64,000 nt of DNA, taken from NCBI GenBank assembly GCA_905478415.1, contig CAJQIG010000001.1, forward strand, positions 150,098 to 214,097, in the 5' to 3' direction. Every line of letters begins with the position of its first letter. Position 1 is the first letter of the stretch. The notes under the pieces are model-generated. The model saw only the letters and a program-made list of their open reading frames with translations, had not been told where the DNA came from and made no database searches. Made by a program: the position numbers and the translations under genes. This document shows, in pieces, positions 37,307 through 46,464 of the stretch. This stretch comes from an uncultured Patescibacteria group bacterium. GTDB taxonomy: Bacteria; Patescibacteriota; Microgenomatia; UBA1400; PJMF01.

Positions 37307-38878
37307 TTACCTTAGGCTTTTCAGCTCTACCATTAGTTTATCACGACCAACCAGTACTAGGGCGAGAATGTAGGAAGAACCAGTGATAACTCCGCCTAGT
37401 AAGAGATGACCAAATCCCAATCCCCAATAGTCTCTTCCTAAGAAGCCCACAAAAGCCATAACTATAGCTGCCACTGCCTGACGCCAAACTGACTCTATAA
37501 AGTTGATCGGTACTATCTTTCGAACATAATACACCGGTAAAGCCGAAGTGAAGGAAATTGCTAATGCAGCCAGAGCTACTCCATTATACCCATAGAAAAC
37601 TATAAGAACTGGAGTCAAAACCCAAGTCAAAATTGTCCAGAAAATCATCAATTTTAAAGTTGTGTTTATCTGTCCAACAGCGTTGAGCGTATTGGTGAGT
37701 GGCGTTGAAACTGCACTCCAACCTATACTGAGAGTAAAGAAAATAAGACTGAATGCCGCAGGTTGCCACTTTTGATACTCTGGGATAATTGTCAAAGCTG
37801 GAATTATAAAGGTCACCATACCGATTAAAATTGGAAAAATGGCAGTGGTAATAAAGAAAAGAGATTTTTCAATTGCTTTTCTCAAGGCAACTTTATGGCC
37901 TTGTAAACGAGAGAATGCCGGGAACGTAACCGACATAACATTTTGAACAGTTAAGCTATAAGGATACATGGACCATTGCTTAGCCCAAGTGATATAACCA
38001 AATTCCTTTGATGGCAAAAATGCTGCCAAGAAAAAGTAAAAGAGCTGGTCTTTAATTCGTGCCAAGAAATCATTAATCTGGAATTTAGCACCGTAACCAA
38101 ACAATCCTTTTAGGGCTGGCACGTGAATCATAATACCAAATGACCAAGGTTGTAGCACTGACATACTGATAGCCCCAACCACTGAACGAAAGATAATAGC
38201 GTAGGCATATGAAATCAATCCATAGCCACGAATAACCATAAAAATAAGTGTGCCTTGAAACACAATTTGTTCTAGGATCTGTGGCAAGACAAGTTTTGAA
38301 AAATCTAACTTTCTTTCCAAAATAACAGATGGGATTGTCTTTAAGGTTGCAAGCGGAAATGAGAGACCCATTGCCAGGAGGATCCAAATACCGGCATTAC
38401 CAGCCTTCATTTGAAATGCTGCAGTAGTTGCTACAAGAATAGTTATACCAAAAATGAGCCAACTCAAAAGTTGTTGTACAGTAAATGCAGTCCGGTACTC
38501 ACGTTTGGTCGGAGTAGTCTTCTTTTGAATCAAAGCTGCTGCTAACCCAATATCTGAAAAGAAAGTTAAGAGCCCAACAACTTGAATCACTAGTCCATAA
38601 ATACCATAATCTTCAGGGGAAAGATAAAAACCTAGTAAAGAGGTTGCAACTAATCCAATGACCTGCAAAAGAACTGTTCTTAAAAAGTATGAAGCGGCCC
38701 CATTGACAGAACGTTTTTTAATATCTTGGATAGCAACTTCCTGTGCATGAGTAATTTTTTCCTCTTGTTCCGGAAACGAGCCAACTGATTTAAGACTCGG
38801 CTTTTGTGGAAATATCGGAGTACCAAGCTTTGAAACAAGATCTCTATATTTAGCTTTTTGAAAAAGGCGAAACAACAT
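37307..38878 (-). CDS. wzx: Wzx-type lipid-linked oligosaccharide flippase (MOP/PST family) with ~55 aa hydrophilic N-terminal extension
   Basis: About 12-14 TM helices. N-terminal region ASYFLRTVLLQVIGLVATSLLGFYLSPEDYGIYGLVIQVVGLLTFFSDIGLAAALIQKK matches the conserved Wzx/PST N-terminal core. Start codon shares one base with the upstream stop. Confidence 0.75.
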   Translation of the reverse strand: MLFRLFQKAKYRDLVSKLGTPIFPQKPSLKSVGSFPEQEEKITHAQEVAIQDIKKRSVNGAASYFLRTVLLQVIGLVATSLLGFYLSPEDYGIYGLVIQVVGLLTFFSDIGLAAALIQKKTTPTKREYRTAFTVQQLLSWLIFGITILVATTAAFQMKAGNAGIWILLAMGLSFPLATLKTIPSVILERKLDFSKLVLPQILEQIVFQGTLIFMVIRGYGLISYAYAIIFRSVVGAISMSVLQPWSFGIMIHVPALKGLFGYGAKFQINDFLARIKDQLFYFFLAAFLPSKEFGYITWAKQWSMYPYSLTVQNVMSVTFPAFSRLQGHKVALRKAIEKSLFFITTAIFPILIGMVTFIIPALTIIPEYQKWQPAAFSLIFFTLSIGWSAVSTPLTNTLNAVGQINTTLKLMIFWTILTWVLTPVLIVFYGYNGVALAALAISFTSALPVYYVRKIVPINFIESVWRQAVAAIVMAFVGFLGRDYWGLGFGHLLLGGVITGSSYILALVLVGRDKLMVELKSLR

Positions 38879-40620
38879 TAAGATCTTTCTTTCTTGATTT
38901 TTTGTTCTTGGCTTATATACAAGTAAAGAACGACTACTAAAAGCAAACTCACAGCCGAAATCGTATCACTAATCTTTCGAACCTGGGTAGACTGAAATAC
39001 TACTTTTACTATTTTTCCTCCTGCAGGAAGAGCTGCTTCAAGTAACCCTGTTGGAGATATTCTTTTTTCAACCTGCACTCCATCTACAAAAACCTGCCAT
39101 CCTGGAAAGTCGGCAATCGAGAAGAGTACTTGTCTGTCAGTTTCGCTAGCTACAAATTGATATATTTTCTTGTGACCAGCACTCTCAATAACCTCATATT
39201 CGCACTCATCCTGTAAGCACTCCAGTTGTTGTTGGGGCGGCTGGATACCATCCAAAATCATTGCACTGGGTATGTAATCAGGTAGCGTCTTACTCATTTC
39301 ACTTGCTACCCGAGCTGGATTATCATAGTAATACTTTTCAGGTGCATCCAAGTAGGATTTTGGCTTAAAAATACTTGCAGTACTGAGTAACAGAAAGAAC
39401 ATCCCCACAATGTAGAAACGGGCCTTCCTTCCTTTCAAGAAGAAAAGAGGTACTCCAACTGAGCTTGCCAAAAATACTGAAGTAATGGACAAGTATCTCC
39501 AAGGAAACTGAATGTAAGACATAAAAGGAAGAGCTCTCCAAACTAAGATTGAACGCTCAAGCGAAAGAAACAATCCTAAACCAATAAGTAAAAATAGAAT
39601 TCCTAGTATGGCGATCTTATTAAATAGCGCGATTTTTCTTTTCTTATACAAAGATGTTGAAACAGCTGAGTTTCGAATTACTTGAACCACTAACAGTAGA
39701 GATCCAACCACACTCACGAGTTGACCAGTCCCTAAGTAAAATGAAATTGGATCGTTCGGCCCCCATTCTGATCCACCATATCCCCAGAAAGCGGTAAAAA
39801 ATTGACGAATATACAAAAAATGCAGTGAAAAATCAAAATATCCAGAAAGAATAGTGGCATCTACTTGTGTAAAATCTTTTTCAAGTAATGCTGGGAAAAT
39901 ATAAAACGCTGCCAAACCAACTGCAAGCAAAACTGATGAAATTACTCCACTAAGTTCTTTACCTAGTTCTTGCAATCTTATCTTCTGTAAATAATAGCCC
40001 TGGCCAAGTTGAAATAAATAAAACAAGACAAAAAATGGAGCTGAAATTAAAGCCGTTAGGTTATGACTCAGCAATAAGATAACCAAACCAAAAGTAATAC
40101 CTCCCCAACCTTTCCAAAAATGAGTTCTGATTTTGATCAGACCCCAAAGAACAATTGGTATCGCCATCATTCCCCAAGATTCACTCAAAGCGCCTCTGAC
40201 AAAAAGATTTAATGCTCTGTATGGTGCCAACGTTAAGGCAGCTGCTACTAACACACCTGCTGCTTTACTCTTAAATAGTTCTTTGGCAAAAAAGTAGGCC
40301 GCAAGTAAAGTACCGACGCTACTGAGTAAAAACAATGCTTTGACTGCAGTGATAAGTGGAAATCCCACTTGATAAAGAAGTGACCCAATAAAGTACGGTA
40401 ACGGCGCATAAAACTCAAAAAGAGGCATACCATATCCATAACCAAAATTTTGACTCCATCTAACCGGGAATTGCCCTTCTTGGAGTGCACTGGTCATCTC
40501 GGTAATTCTAACGCCATGAATGAAATCATGAACATCAAACATACCAGGTTTGAGTAGTGCCCAACTAGAAGCTACTATAACTAATAGAAGACTTAGGCTT
40601 ACCAATAGCTTTCTTTTCAT
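38878..40620 (-). CDS. uncharacterised GT-C-like polytopic membrane protein, GQFPVRW family (paralog 3 of 3)
   Basis: N-terminal loop VHDFIHGVRITEMTSALQEGQFPVRWSQNFGYGYGMPLFEFYAPLPYFIGSL. C-terminal ADFPGWQVFVDGVQVEKR...LPAGGKIVKVVF plus a terminal TM. Confidence 0.6.
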   Translation of the reverse strand: MKRKLLVSLSLLLVIVASSWALLKPGMFDVHDFIHGVRITEMTSALQEGQFPVRWSQNFGYGYGMPLFEFYAPLPYFIGSLLYQVGFPLITAVKALFLLSSVGTLLAAYFFAKELFKSKAAGVLVAAALTLAPYRALNLFVRGALSESWGMMAIPIVLWGLIKIRTHFWKGWGGITFGLVILLLSHNLTALISAPFFVLFYLFQLGQGYYLQKIRLQELGKELSGVISSVLLAVGLAAFYIFPALLEKDFTQVDATILSGYFDFSLHFLYIRQFFTAFWGYGGSEWGPNDPISFYLGTGQLVSVVGSLLLVVQVIRNSAVSTSLYKKRKIALFNKIAILGILFLLIGLGLFLSLERSILVWRALPFMSYIQFPWRYLSITSVFLASSVGVPLFFLKGRKARFYIVGMFFLLLSTASIFKPKSYLDAPEKYYYDNPARVASEMSKTLPDYIPSAMILDGIQPPQQQLECLQDECEYEVIESAGHKKIYQFVASETDRQVLFSIADFPGWQVFVDGVQVEKRISPTGLLEAALPAGGKIVKVVFQSTQVRKISDTISAVSLLLVVVLYLYISQEQKIKKERS

Positions 40621-40713
40621 TCATTCCATTTTATCAGGCAACAGCAGAGAAAGATAATCTTGTTTCTATTTTTTTAAAATAAAGATGGTATACAATGATG
40701 TACACACTACTTT

Positions 40714-41838
40714 ATGACAGACACTCAACTACCTGACCATCAACCAAAAACTTATTCTGAGTCGGCAGAACATCAGATTCGTGTTTTAACTGGTCCACAG
40801 CTCTTTCTAAAAGCAACCCTCCTTTCGGCGGGCATGGCAGCAGTCATGCTAGTAATCACCTTCATTGGCGTACTTATTTTCTGGTCAAACCAACTTACTG
40901 TCTTTCTTGATACCGCCAATATCTCTTTTTCAGAATTACGACAAACAGTTACTGTTGGACTCGAAACTCAACCTAAACAAACTGGTGACAGTACCACGGT
41001 ACTTCTCTTAGGCTTGGATTCACTAGAAACTAGACCAGGTAGTCCTCAACTGACAGACACAATGATAGTGGTGTCACTCAACTATAAAACAGCAAAGGTC
41101 ACTACAATTTCATTGCCTAGAGACATCTGGAGTACGGCGTACCAAACAAAAATCAATGCCCTCTATCACTACGGTCAAGAACGATATCCCACCAATCCAA
41201 GTCAATTCCCAACTGAAGTCATTTCTGAGATGACTGGACTACCCATCGAGTATACTGTTGTCATCACCATGAAACAGGTAGCAGAGATTATTGATGTGCT
41301 CGGTGGTATTGATGTTGATATCCCTGCAGCTTTCACTGACACTCAATTTCCTCGCCCTGATGTAGACGTGAGTGTCGTCCACGACCCAGATCTTCTCTAC
41401 CAAACAGTGACCTTTGAAGCTGGACAACAGTCACTAGATAGCACCAGAGCACTACAGTACATTAGAAGTAGAAAAAGTGGCGATACAGAAGGTGATGATC
41501 TAGCTCGAGGAAAGAGACAACAGCTCATCATTGAATCCTTAGTTGCACAACTTCAATCAAAAGAGACCCTTACCAACCCTCAACTTTTAGGCACACTCTA
41601 TACCTATTATCAGAATACGTTTAGTCAATTTGTTCCACTTAATGAAAGCATTGGTCTTCTCACTCAAGTCTTTCCTCAAAGGAATGTTTTAGAGCTCAAA
41701 ACAGCAGCGCTCCCCATTGCCCCCGATGATCCTAACGGCGTACTCATAAATCCACCTATTTCTAAGCACTCAGTTTGGGTGTATGAAGTCGTCGATCAAG
41801 ATAGTTTTAGAAATTATGTGAAATCGCTGGTAGAATAA
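40714..41838 (+). CDS. LytR-CpsA-Psr (LCP) family cell-wall glycopolymer ligase
   Basis: N-terminal TM, then TTVLLLGLDSLETRPGSPQLTDTMIVVSLN...ISLPRDIW...INALY. Core LCP-domain motifs. Confidence 0.8.
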   Translation: MTDTQLPDHQPKTYSESAEHQIRVLTGPQLFLKATLLSAGMAAVMLVITFIGVLIFWSNQLTVFLDTANISFSELRQTVTVGLETQPKQTGDSTTVLLLGLDSLETRPGSPQLTDTMIVVSLNYKTAKVTTISLPRDIWSTAYQTKINALYHYGQERYPTNPSQFPTEVISEMTGLPIEYTVVITMKQVAEIIDVLGGIDVDIPAAFTDTQFPRPDVDVSVVHDPDLLYQTVTFEAGQQSLDSTRALQYIRSRKSGDTEGDDLARGKRQQLIIESLVAQLQSKETLTNPQLLGTLYTYYQNTFSQFVPLNESIGLLTQVFPQRNVLELKTAALPIAPDDPNGVLINPPISKHSVWVYEVVDQDSFRNYVKSLVE

Positions 41839-41842
41839 GAGT

Positions 41843-42058
41843 ATGCACTATAAAAACCTAGAGCTTTCTGATAAAACTCTCTTTAGAATCCTGATGGGAT
41901 GTATTATCGGGCTAGCACTGGCAAGTGGGTTATTTGCAGAAGAGTTACGACAGGAGCGAAAGCGCTATGATCGCATCGAAGATAAGTATGTCCGAGTCAG
42001 AGATCAGCTTGGTCGTCCAGAGACACAACGACTCTTGGATCAAAGTTACCTAAAGTAA
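41843..42058 (+). CDS. small membrane-anchored protein, unknown function
   Basis: 71-aa ORF. TM (ILMGCIIGLALASGLF) then a charged helix. Tightly spaced after the LCP gene. Confidence 0.4.
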   Translation: MHYKNLELSDKTLFRILMGCIIGLALASGLFAEELRQERKRYDRIEDKYVRVRDQLGRPETQRLLDQSYLK

Positions 42059-42071
42059 AAGGATATCCACC

Positions 42072-43106
42072 ATGAGTACATCAAATACAAAAAAAACACT
42101 CCTTGTTACTGGCGGGGCAGGTTTTATTGGAAGTAATTTTATTTTGTACTGGATGAAACACCACCCAGAAGATAAAATTATCAACCTAGACGCACTTACT
42201 TACGCTGGCAATCTTGAAAATTTACGATCAATCCAAGACTCTAAAAACTATATTTTTGTTGAAGGTAATATAGTGGACAGAGATTTAGTCGAACGCATTG
42301 TTGCAGATGTTGATATGATCGTTCACTTTGCAGCTGAGTCACATGTTGATCGCTCAATTTTGGAACCAGATGCTTTTGTACAGACAAATATTGTAGGAAC
42401 TCAGGTACTGCTCGACCTAGCTGTCAAACACAAAGTCAAACATTTCCACCATATTTCAACTGACGAAGTGTTTGGATCCTTAGAACTTGGTAAAGATACA
42501 CAGTTTTCAGAAACAACTCCCTATGATCCTCGCAGTCCTTACTCTGCAAGTAAGGCTTCATCAGACCATCTTGTCAGAGCCTATGGCGAAACCTACGGTT
42601 TACAGTACACAATTACCAACTGTTCAAATAACTATGGTGAGTATCAATTTCCAGAAAAACTTATTCCCTTAGCAATTACTAATATTCTCGATAATAAAGC
42701 TGTACCTGTATACGGAGATGGCCTGCAAGTCAGAGATTGGCTCTACGTCCAAGATCACTGCAGCGCTATTGAAAAAGTCCTCGAGAGTGGTAGTTCTCAA
42801 AAAACCTATGTTGTGGGTGGCTTAACTGAAGACATTCCAAATATTGAAGTCGTTAAAACTATCCTAAAAATCATGGGGAAATCAGAACATATGTTAGAAC
42901 ATATTACTGACCGGGCTGGTCATGATGTTCGTTACAGTGTTGATTGGAGTCACATTAAAAAGGATTTAGGTTGGGAGCCTTCTGTGAGCTTTGAGGTAGG
43001 CATAGAACAAACAATTACGTGGTATCTTGCAAATGAGTCCTGGTGGAGACCACTCCTCTCGGACAATCAAGATTATTTCAAAAAAAACTATCAAGACAGA
43101 ACATAG
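42072..43106 (+). CDS. rfbB: dTDP-glucose 4,6-dehydratase
   Basis: LVTGGAGFIGSNF, HFAAESHVDRSI, FHHISTDEVFG, PYSASKASSDHLVRAY, TNCSNNYGEYQFPEKLIPLAI. Nearly motif-for-motif with RmlB. Confidence 0.9.
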   Translation: MSTSNTKKTLLVTGGAGFIGSNFILYWMKHHPEDKIINLDALTYAGNLENLRSIQDSKNYIFVEGNIVDRDLVERIVADVDMIVHFAAESHVDRSILEPDAFVQTNIVGTQVLLDLAVKHKVKHFHHISTDEVFGSLELGKDTQFSETTPYDPRSPYSASKASSDHLVRAYGETYGLQYTITNCSNNYGEYQFPEKLIPLAITNILDNKAVPVYGDGLQVRDWLYVQDHCSAIEKVLESGSSQKTYVVGGLTEDIPNIEVVKTILKIMGKSEHMLEHITDRAGHDVRYSVDWSHIKKDLGWEPSVSFEVGIEQTITWYLANESWWRPLLSDNQDYFKKNYQDRT

Positions 43107-43119
43107 AGAGAAGTTGCGT

Positions 43120-43716
43120 ATGTACACACCCAAAGAATCACTGCAGGTTGGAGAAAGTATCTATAGTTCTAAGCTTGAGGGGTTGTTTTTCCTTGAAAGT
43201 AAGAAGTTTGATGATGAGCGTGGTTACTATGCCGAACTGGCTCGTATTCCAGAGCTAGACGCACTCAGAGGTGTTGAGTTTTGTACAAAACAAGTCAATA
43301 TCGCTCGATCTAGTCAAAATGTTGCTCGTGGTATTCACTCAGAAAATTGGAATAAGTTAGTGACAGTTACCAATGGCGTAGCTTTTTGTGCTCTAGTGGA
43401 TTTAAGACCTACTTCTAAAACATTTGGAGTATTTGAAACAATCCTATTAGGAGTTGGAAAGGATGCTCTCCATGGGAGCGTTTTCATTCCCAGTGGAATT
43501 GGTAATTCTCTCTGTGTAGTTGAAGGTCCTGTTGACTATCTCTACTATGTAGACAAACTGTACAAAGATCGTGATCCTAGTGGAGACAAAGCACTGTCAC
43601 TGTTTGATCCTGACCTCGCTATCTCTTGGCCAATAGCGAAAGAAGAGATGATACTTTCACAAAGAGATCAAAACACTGTCACTTTAAAAGAATTATTTCC
43701 GGAAAAATATGCGTAA
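43120..43716 (+). CDS. rfbC: dTDP-4-dehydrorhamnose 3,5-epimerase (RmlC-like cupin)
   Basis: ORF track 43027..43716 overlaps rmlB. The ATG at 43120 sits just after the rmlB stop. ...QVNIARSSQNVARGIHSE...VDLRPTSKTFG...FIPSGIGNSLCVVEGPVDYLYY...DPDLAISWP fit the RmlC fold motifs. Confidence 0.75.
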   Translation: MYTPKESLQVGESIYSSKLEGLFFLESKKFDDERGYYAELARIPELDALRGVEFCTKQVNIARSSQNVARGIHSENWNKLVTVTNGVAFCALVDLRPTSKTFGVFETILLGVGKDALHGSVFIPSGIGNSLCVVEGPVDYLYYVDKLYKDRDPSGDKALSLFDPDLAISWPIAKEEMILSQRDQNTVTLKELFPEKYA

Positions 43717-44587
43717 CTCACTACTCGCTACTGGTATTAATGGTCTTGTTGGTTCAAAATTTAAAAATGATTTTTCTGATTCGTACCAATTTGATTCTTT
43801 AGATATTTCAGACCCTCAAAATCGCGTTGATATCACTGATATAAACCAAGTTATGGCAGCTTTTGAGGCCTCAAAAGCAAGGTATGTCTTACACCTAGCG
43901 GCCTACACCGATGTGACTGGAGCGTGGAATCAGCGGGGTGACAAGAATGGCCTTGCCTATAAAGTTAATGTTACCGGTACTCAAAACATTGTTTCCGCTT
44001 GCAGAGAACACAATGTCCATCTCATTCATATTTCAACCGCCTATGTTTTTGATGGCACAAAAGAAACCCTCTATACTGAAAATGACACAGTACACCCCAT
44101 TGAGTGGTACGGAGAAACAAAAGCTCTAGCTGAAGAAGTTGTTACTAACAGCGCGATCGACTGGACGATTCTTAGAATTGATCAGCCATTTAGAAGCGAC
44201 TCTTTTCCAAGACAAGATATCGCTCATCGAATTATAAGCGGACTAGAAACTGCTACGCTCTATCCTCAATTCACGAACCACTTCTTTGGACCAACTTTTA
44301 TCGATGATTTTGCGAAAGTCATAGATTGGGTGATCAGAACTAAGACTACTGGTCTGTTTAATGCTTCCAGTGGAGAAAAATGGAGTGATTTTGCATTTGC
44401 GCAAGCAGTAGCCAAACAAATTGGTAGTACAACGTCTATAAAGCCTGGAAATTTAGATGAGTATTTGAAAACATTGGATCGCCCCTATCAAAAAAATACA
44501 GCTATGGACACCTCTAAACTACAGTCAAAACTTGATTTTTCACTTCGGGATATTGCCTCTGCCCTCAGTGAAGTAACCAGTAACTAA
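43709..44587 (+). CDS. rfbD: dTDP-4-dehydrorhamnose reductase
   Basis: LLATGINGLVGS, HLAAYTDVTGAWNQ, IHISTAYVFDG, YGETKALAEE match the RmlD_sub_bind family. 8-nt overlap with rfbC. Confidence 0.75.
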   Translation: MRNSLLATGINGLVGSKFKNDFSDSYQFDSLDISDPQNRVDITDINQVMAAFEASKARYVLHLAAYTDVTGAWNQRGDKNGLAYKVNVTGTQNIVSACREHNVHLIHISTAYVFDGTKETLYTENDTVHPIEWYGETKALAEEVVTNSAIDWTILRIDQPFRSDSFPRQDIAHRIISGLETATLYPQFTNHFFGPTFIDDFAKVIDWVIRTKTTGLFNASSGEKWSDFAFAQAVAKQIGSTTSIKPGNLDEYLKTLDRPYQKNTAMDTSKLQSKLDFSLRDIASALSEVTSN

Positions 44588-45255
44588 CTTTTTTTCGTGG
44601 TGTTAGATTTTCGGTGAGATTCTCGCCATTCTTCAATCTTTTTGTGATCCCCGGACATAAGCACATCCGGCACACGCATTCCTCTGAATTCTTGAGGTCT
44701 CGTGTATTGAGGAAATCCCAAGGTGCCGGGAGTATCATGAGATTCGCCCACAATGCTCTCCTCATTCCCTAAAGTTCCTGGCAATAACCGAATAATGCTA
44801 TCTGTTATAACTGCTGCTGCTCCCTCTCCACCACTGAGAACAAAGTTACCTATTCTGATTTCATGATCGACAAAGTGTTCCGCAATTCGTTCATCTACCC
44901 CTTCGTAATGACCGCAGATGATAATGACCACATCTTGAGCAGCATAGTCTCTTGCCATTGCTTGAGTATAGAGTTTCCCCTGAGCTGAAGTTAAAAGGAC
45001 TATCACCTTTTTATCTGTAGAAATTGTCTCTTTAATCGATTCGAGTGCCCGCACAATCGGCTCAACTTGCATAACCATACCTGCTCCACCCCCAAATGGG
45101 CGATCATCAGTCCGATGATGTACATCAGTAGCGAAATCACGAATATTACATACCTCAATGGTAGCAACTCCCTTTGAGAGCGCCTTTCCAATCAGTGAGA
45201 CATCAAAGAGTCCCGAAAAATATTCTGGGAATAAAGTTAAAAGTACAATTCGCAT
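44584..45255 (-). CDS. trmD: tRNA (guanine37-N1)-methyltransferase
   Basis: MRIVLLTLFPEYFSG...DDRPFGGGAGMVMQVEP...GHYEGVDERI are TrmD SPOUT signatures. Confidence 0.9.
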   Translation of the reverse strand: MRIVLLTLFPEYFSGLFDVSLIGKALSKGVATIEVCNIRDFATDVHHRTDDRPFGGGAGMVMQVEPIVRALESIKETISTDKKVIVLLTSAQGKLYTQAMARDYAAQDVVIIICGHYEGVDERIAEHFVDHEIRIGNFVLSGGEGAAAVITDSIIRLLPGTLGNEESIVGESHDTPGTLGFPQYTRPQEFRGMRVPDVLMSGDHKKIEEWRESHRKSNTTKKS

Positions 45256-45351
45256 AGATACAAGTATTTTACCACTCTTTATACCTAGTCTCCTAAAGAG
45301 GACTAAAAACCACTGCTGGAGTTGTCAGCTGGTACTTGCTATTATAGATAC

Positions 45352-46437
45352 ATGCCTCAGATGAACACTACCGGTCCCAATCTTACCTATGTTTCTATGC
45401 TCGCTCGAAAAGCTGTAAAATTTGGTTCAATTGGCTTAGTCACCCTGATTGTGGGAAGAGTTGTCTTAACTACTGCCATTGCCTGGTGGAAAGCTGTCAA
45501 TCCACCACCTCCGCCACCCCCAACTGTTGGCTTTGGTATTCTCCCTCCATTAGCATTTCCACCCCAAGAGGCAGACGAAAAACCACTCAGTTATAAATTG
45601 GAGACACCAAATGGAACGACTCCATTCTTTTCAGATCGTGCAAAAGTCTTTCTTATTCAGCATCCAGCAGCTAACCTCTTAGCTGATGAAAATGCCAAAC
45701 AGCTTGCTCAAAAGTACGGGTACGTCTTTGAGCCAGACAAACTCCCTAAAAATATATATCGTTGGAATAAAAGTGAACCACTAAAAGCCAAGTTTGAATT
45801 TAACATCGTTTCACAACAGTTTGAACAAAGTACTGATTATTTATCTCACCCAGAACTACTGACTGGTAATTCTCTTCCCACTAGTTTTGATGCTGTCAAA
45901 CAAGTCAAAGATTTTCTCAAAAAAGGGGCATTGCTTGGAAGTGATATGGCTACTGCTTCAGGTGAAGTCGTCTACTTAAAAGCTTTAGGAGACGAACTAG
46001 CGCCTGCTGTTTCACCTTCGGACGCTGATTTCATGCAGGTTGACCTCAATCGCACTCCCATCGATATGCAGTACCGAATGTACACACCAAATGGGTTTGA
46101 GGGAATTGTAACGGCTATCCTTAGCGGAGCACTAAAAAATCTAGATAACATTGTCTACATAAAATCTGGATATAACACTGTTGACTACACGCAGGTACAT
46201 ACCTATCCACTCAGGTCTTCGGCTGAAGCTTGGCAACTGCTCAAAGCTGGGGAAGGATATATTGCCAGTCCAGGTGAAAGTGAAAATGTTACCATTCGTG
46301 AAATCACACTCGGTTACTTTGATACTGCTGAACCACAAGATTACCTACAACCCGTGTATGTTTTTTATAACCCAGAAGATGGATTTATGGGGTTTGTTCC
46401 GGCTCTAGACCCTCAATTTATTCAAGTCATCCAATAA
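45352..46437 (+). CDS. hypothetical membrane-anchored protein with polyproline linker
   Basis: ORF track 45322..46437. ATG at 45352 (MPQMNTT). TM helix (FGSIGLVTLIVGRVVLTTAIAWW) then NPPPPPPPTVGFGILPPLAFPP, then a ~280 aa domain without recognisable motifs. Confidence 0.5.
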   Translation: MPQMNTTGPNLTYVSMLARKAVKFGSIGLVTLIVGRVVLTTAIAWWKAVNPPPPPPPTVGFGILPPLAFPPQEADEKPLSYKLETPNGTTPFFSDRAKVFLIQHPAANLLADENAKQLAQKYGYVFEPDKLPKNIYRWNKSEPLKAKFEFNIVSQQFEQSTDYLSHPELLTGNSLPTSFDAVKQVKDFLKKGALLGSDMATASGEVVYLKALGDELAPAVSPSDADFMQVDLNRTPIDMQYRMYTPNGFEGIVTAILSGALKNLDNIVYIKSGYNTVDYTQVHTYPLRSSAEAWQLLKAGEGYIASPGESENVTIREITLGYFDTAEPQDYLQPVYVFYNPEDGFMGFVPALDPQFIQVIQ

Positions 46438-46464
46438 CAAATAAGATAGAGTATAATTGCACCC

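Noticed and set aside
43027-43119. Long 5' extension of rmlC (track start 43027) overlapping rmlB by 80 nt
   Set aside because: RmlC homology begins only at the ATG at 43120 (MYTPKESLQVGESIY...), which lies 13 nt after the rmlB stop. The extension is the rmlB 3' end read in another frame.
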